Positions 62,813 to 64,000 of a stretch of 64,000 nt of DNA are shown here, in pieces. Every line of letters starts with the position of its first letter. The stretch's first letter is position 1. Under the pieces are notes generated by a model, which was given only the letters and a program-made list of their open reading frames with translations, did not search any database and had not been told where the DNA came from. Source of the DNA: Albugo candida (Eukaryota); contig JBDOQK010000002.1 of assembly GCA_040437565.1 (NCBI GenBank), forward strand, positions 372,001 to 436,000, written 5' to 3'. Position numbers and translations under genes: made by a program.

Positions 62813-63926
62813 TGCTTTTTGTCCACATGCATAAACGTAAAAGACAGAAATGCAACAAAAGCGCGGCGAAATTAACGCAAAATTGCTTCCAGAAGAGTCG
62901 ATTCCGGATCGACTTGAAAATCAAAGCGCACGCGAGTTTTTAAAGAATGCGCCTTCCAAAGGATTATGGCTGCCCATGGGCATAGAGGTCAAAGTGATGC
63001 AGTGCTGGCGTTGTAAGGCGTATGGACATCGCGCAGGAGATCGAGAGTGTCCGCTTTCAATCGGTGGAAATTTGATTCTTGATGCGGAACGACAAGCTCG
63101 AGAGGATCCTATGGCAAAGTATGTGGCGTCCAATGTCGAATTTGGAATCAATGAGGTGATTCCCGGAACATTTTCATTGAATTTTGACGCAAAAAAAACG
63201 AAAAAGAAAGCAAAACGTGCAAGATTGGCAAAGTTACTGCGAGAAATCAAAAGAGAAGTAAAAAAAGAGAGAAAACAAAAGAAGCACAATTCAAAGAAAA
63301 AAAGGAAGCGGAAGAGAAGNNNNNNNNNNNNNNNNNNNNNNNNNNNNNNNNNNNNNNNNNNNNNNNNNNNNNNNNNNNNNNNNNNNNNNNNNNNNNNNNN
63401 NNNNNNNNNNNNNNNNNNNTGCTTTTTGTCCACATGCATAAACGTAAAAGACAGAAATGCAACAAAAGCGCGGCGAAATTAACGCAAAATTGCTTCCAGA
63501 AGAGTCGATTCCGGATCGACTTGAAAATCAAAGCGCACGCGAGTTTTTAAAGAATGCGCCTTCCAAAGGATTATGGCTGCCCATGGGCATAGAGGTCAAA
63601 GTGATGCAGTGCTGGCGTTGTAAGGCGTATGGACATCGCGCAGGAGATCGAGAGTGTCCGCTTTCAATCGGTGGAAATTTGATTCTTGATGCGGAACGAC
63701 AAGCTCGAGAGGATCCTATGGCAAAGTATGTGGCGTCCAATGTCGAATTTGGAATCAATGAGGTGATTCCCGGAACATTTTCATTGAATTTTGACGCAAA
63801 AAAAACGAAAAAGAAAGCAAAACGTGCAAGATTGGCAAAGTTACTGCGAGAAATCAAAAGAGAAGTAAAAAAAGAGAGAAAACAAAAGAAGCACAATTCA
63901 AAGAAAAAAAGGAAGCGGAAGAGAAG
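62813..63926. repeat. 507-bp direct duplication across N gap (62813-63319 = 63420-63926)
   Basis: Offset is 607. Confidence 0.9.
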
Positions 63927-64000
63927 TGTCAGCTCCGAAATAGAAACCAATGCGCTCACTAGGACGTCGAGAAGCTCATCATTCTCAAGTGATTGGAGAG
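62850..64000 (+). CDS. RP9: RP9/PAP-1-like zinc-knuckle splicing factor (duplicated across the gap; second copy starts 63457 and runs off the window)
   Basis: IPD..EN..AREFL..AP.KGLWLPMGIEVKVMQCWRCKAYGHRAGDRECP...GN...EDPM followed by a Lys-rich tail, matching RP9. The 5' end is uncertain. Confidence 0.85.

Noticed and set aside
1..64000. CRISPR arrays, rRNA or intact transposons
   Set aside because: None was seen. The only transposase-like gene lacks catalytic residues and evident TIRs.

Overview
Compact, intron-rich eukaryotic DNA with introns of about 50-70 nt and many intergenic gaps under 200 bp. It is oomycete-like and most plausibly Albugo (white rust). That is an inference from an LYLAK-type Crinkler, a PSTALRE CDK and a retained flagellar IFT144. 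The window holds about 25 protein genes and one tRNA-Ala(UGC). The genes are Prp3, a TTP-like tandem CCCH protein, importin-5, an ArfGAP-PDZ gene and a 78-aa basic-protein gene (both largely missed by the ORF track), an F-box/haspin-like kinase, EndoG, a P450, a TRP/FLC-like membrane protein, IFT144, PNKP, mitochondrial L12, a BED-hAT-derived gene, a CCCH-Abitram fusion, an SR45a/Tra2-like protein, Derlin, RPB3, an Sfi1-like protein, CDK, DCN1, a divergent SMC, a PH-SnoaL-AGC kinase and RP9. A gene-poor island (~32-41 kb) contains a full-length but frameshifted Crinkler effector pseudogene (LYLAK-HVLVxxP, REase, kinase) and possibly relics of CxxC-type secreted effectors. All seven 100-N gaps are flanked by direct repeats (~8.2 kb in total). 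These look like unmerged contig overlaps, so the apparent tandem duplicates (P450 and others) are probably artefacts. I found no clearly new multi-gene system. The best leads are unusual domain fusions and the non-canonical SMC.
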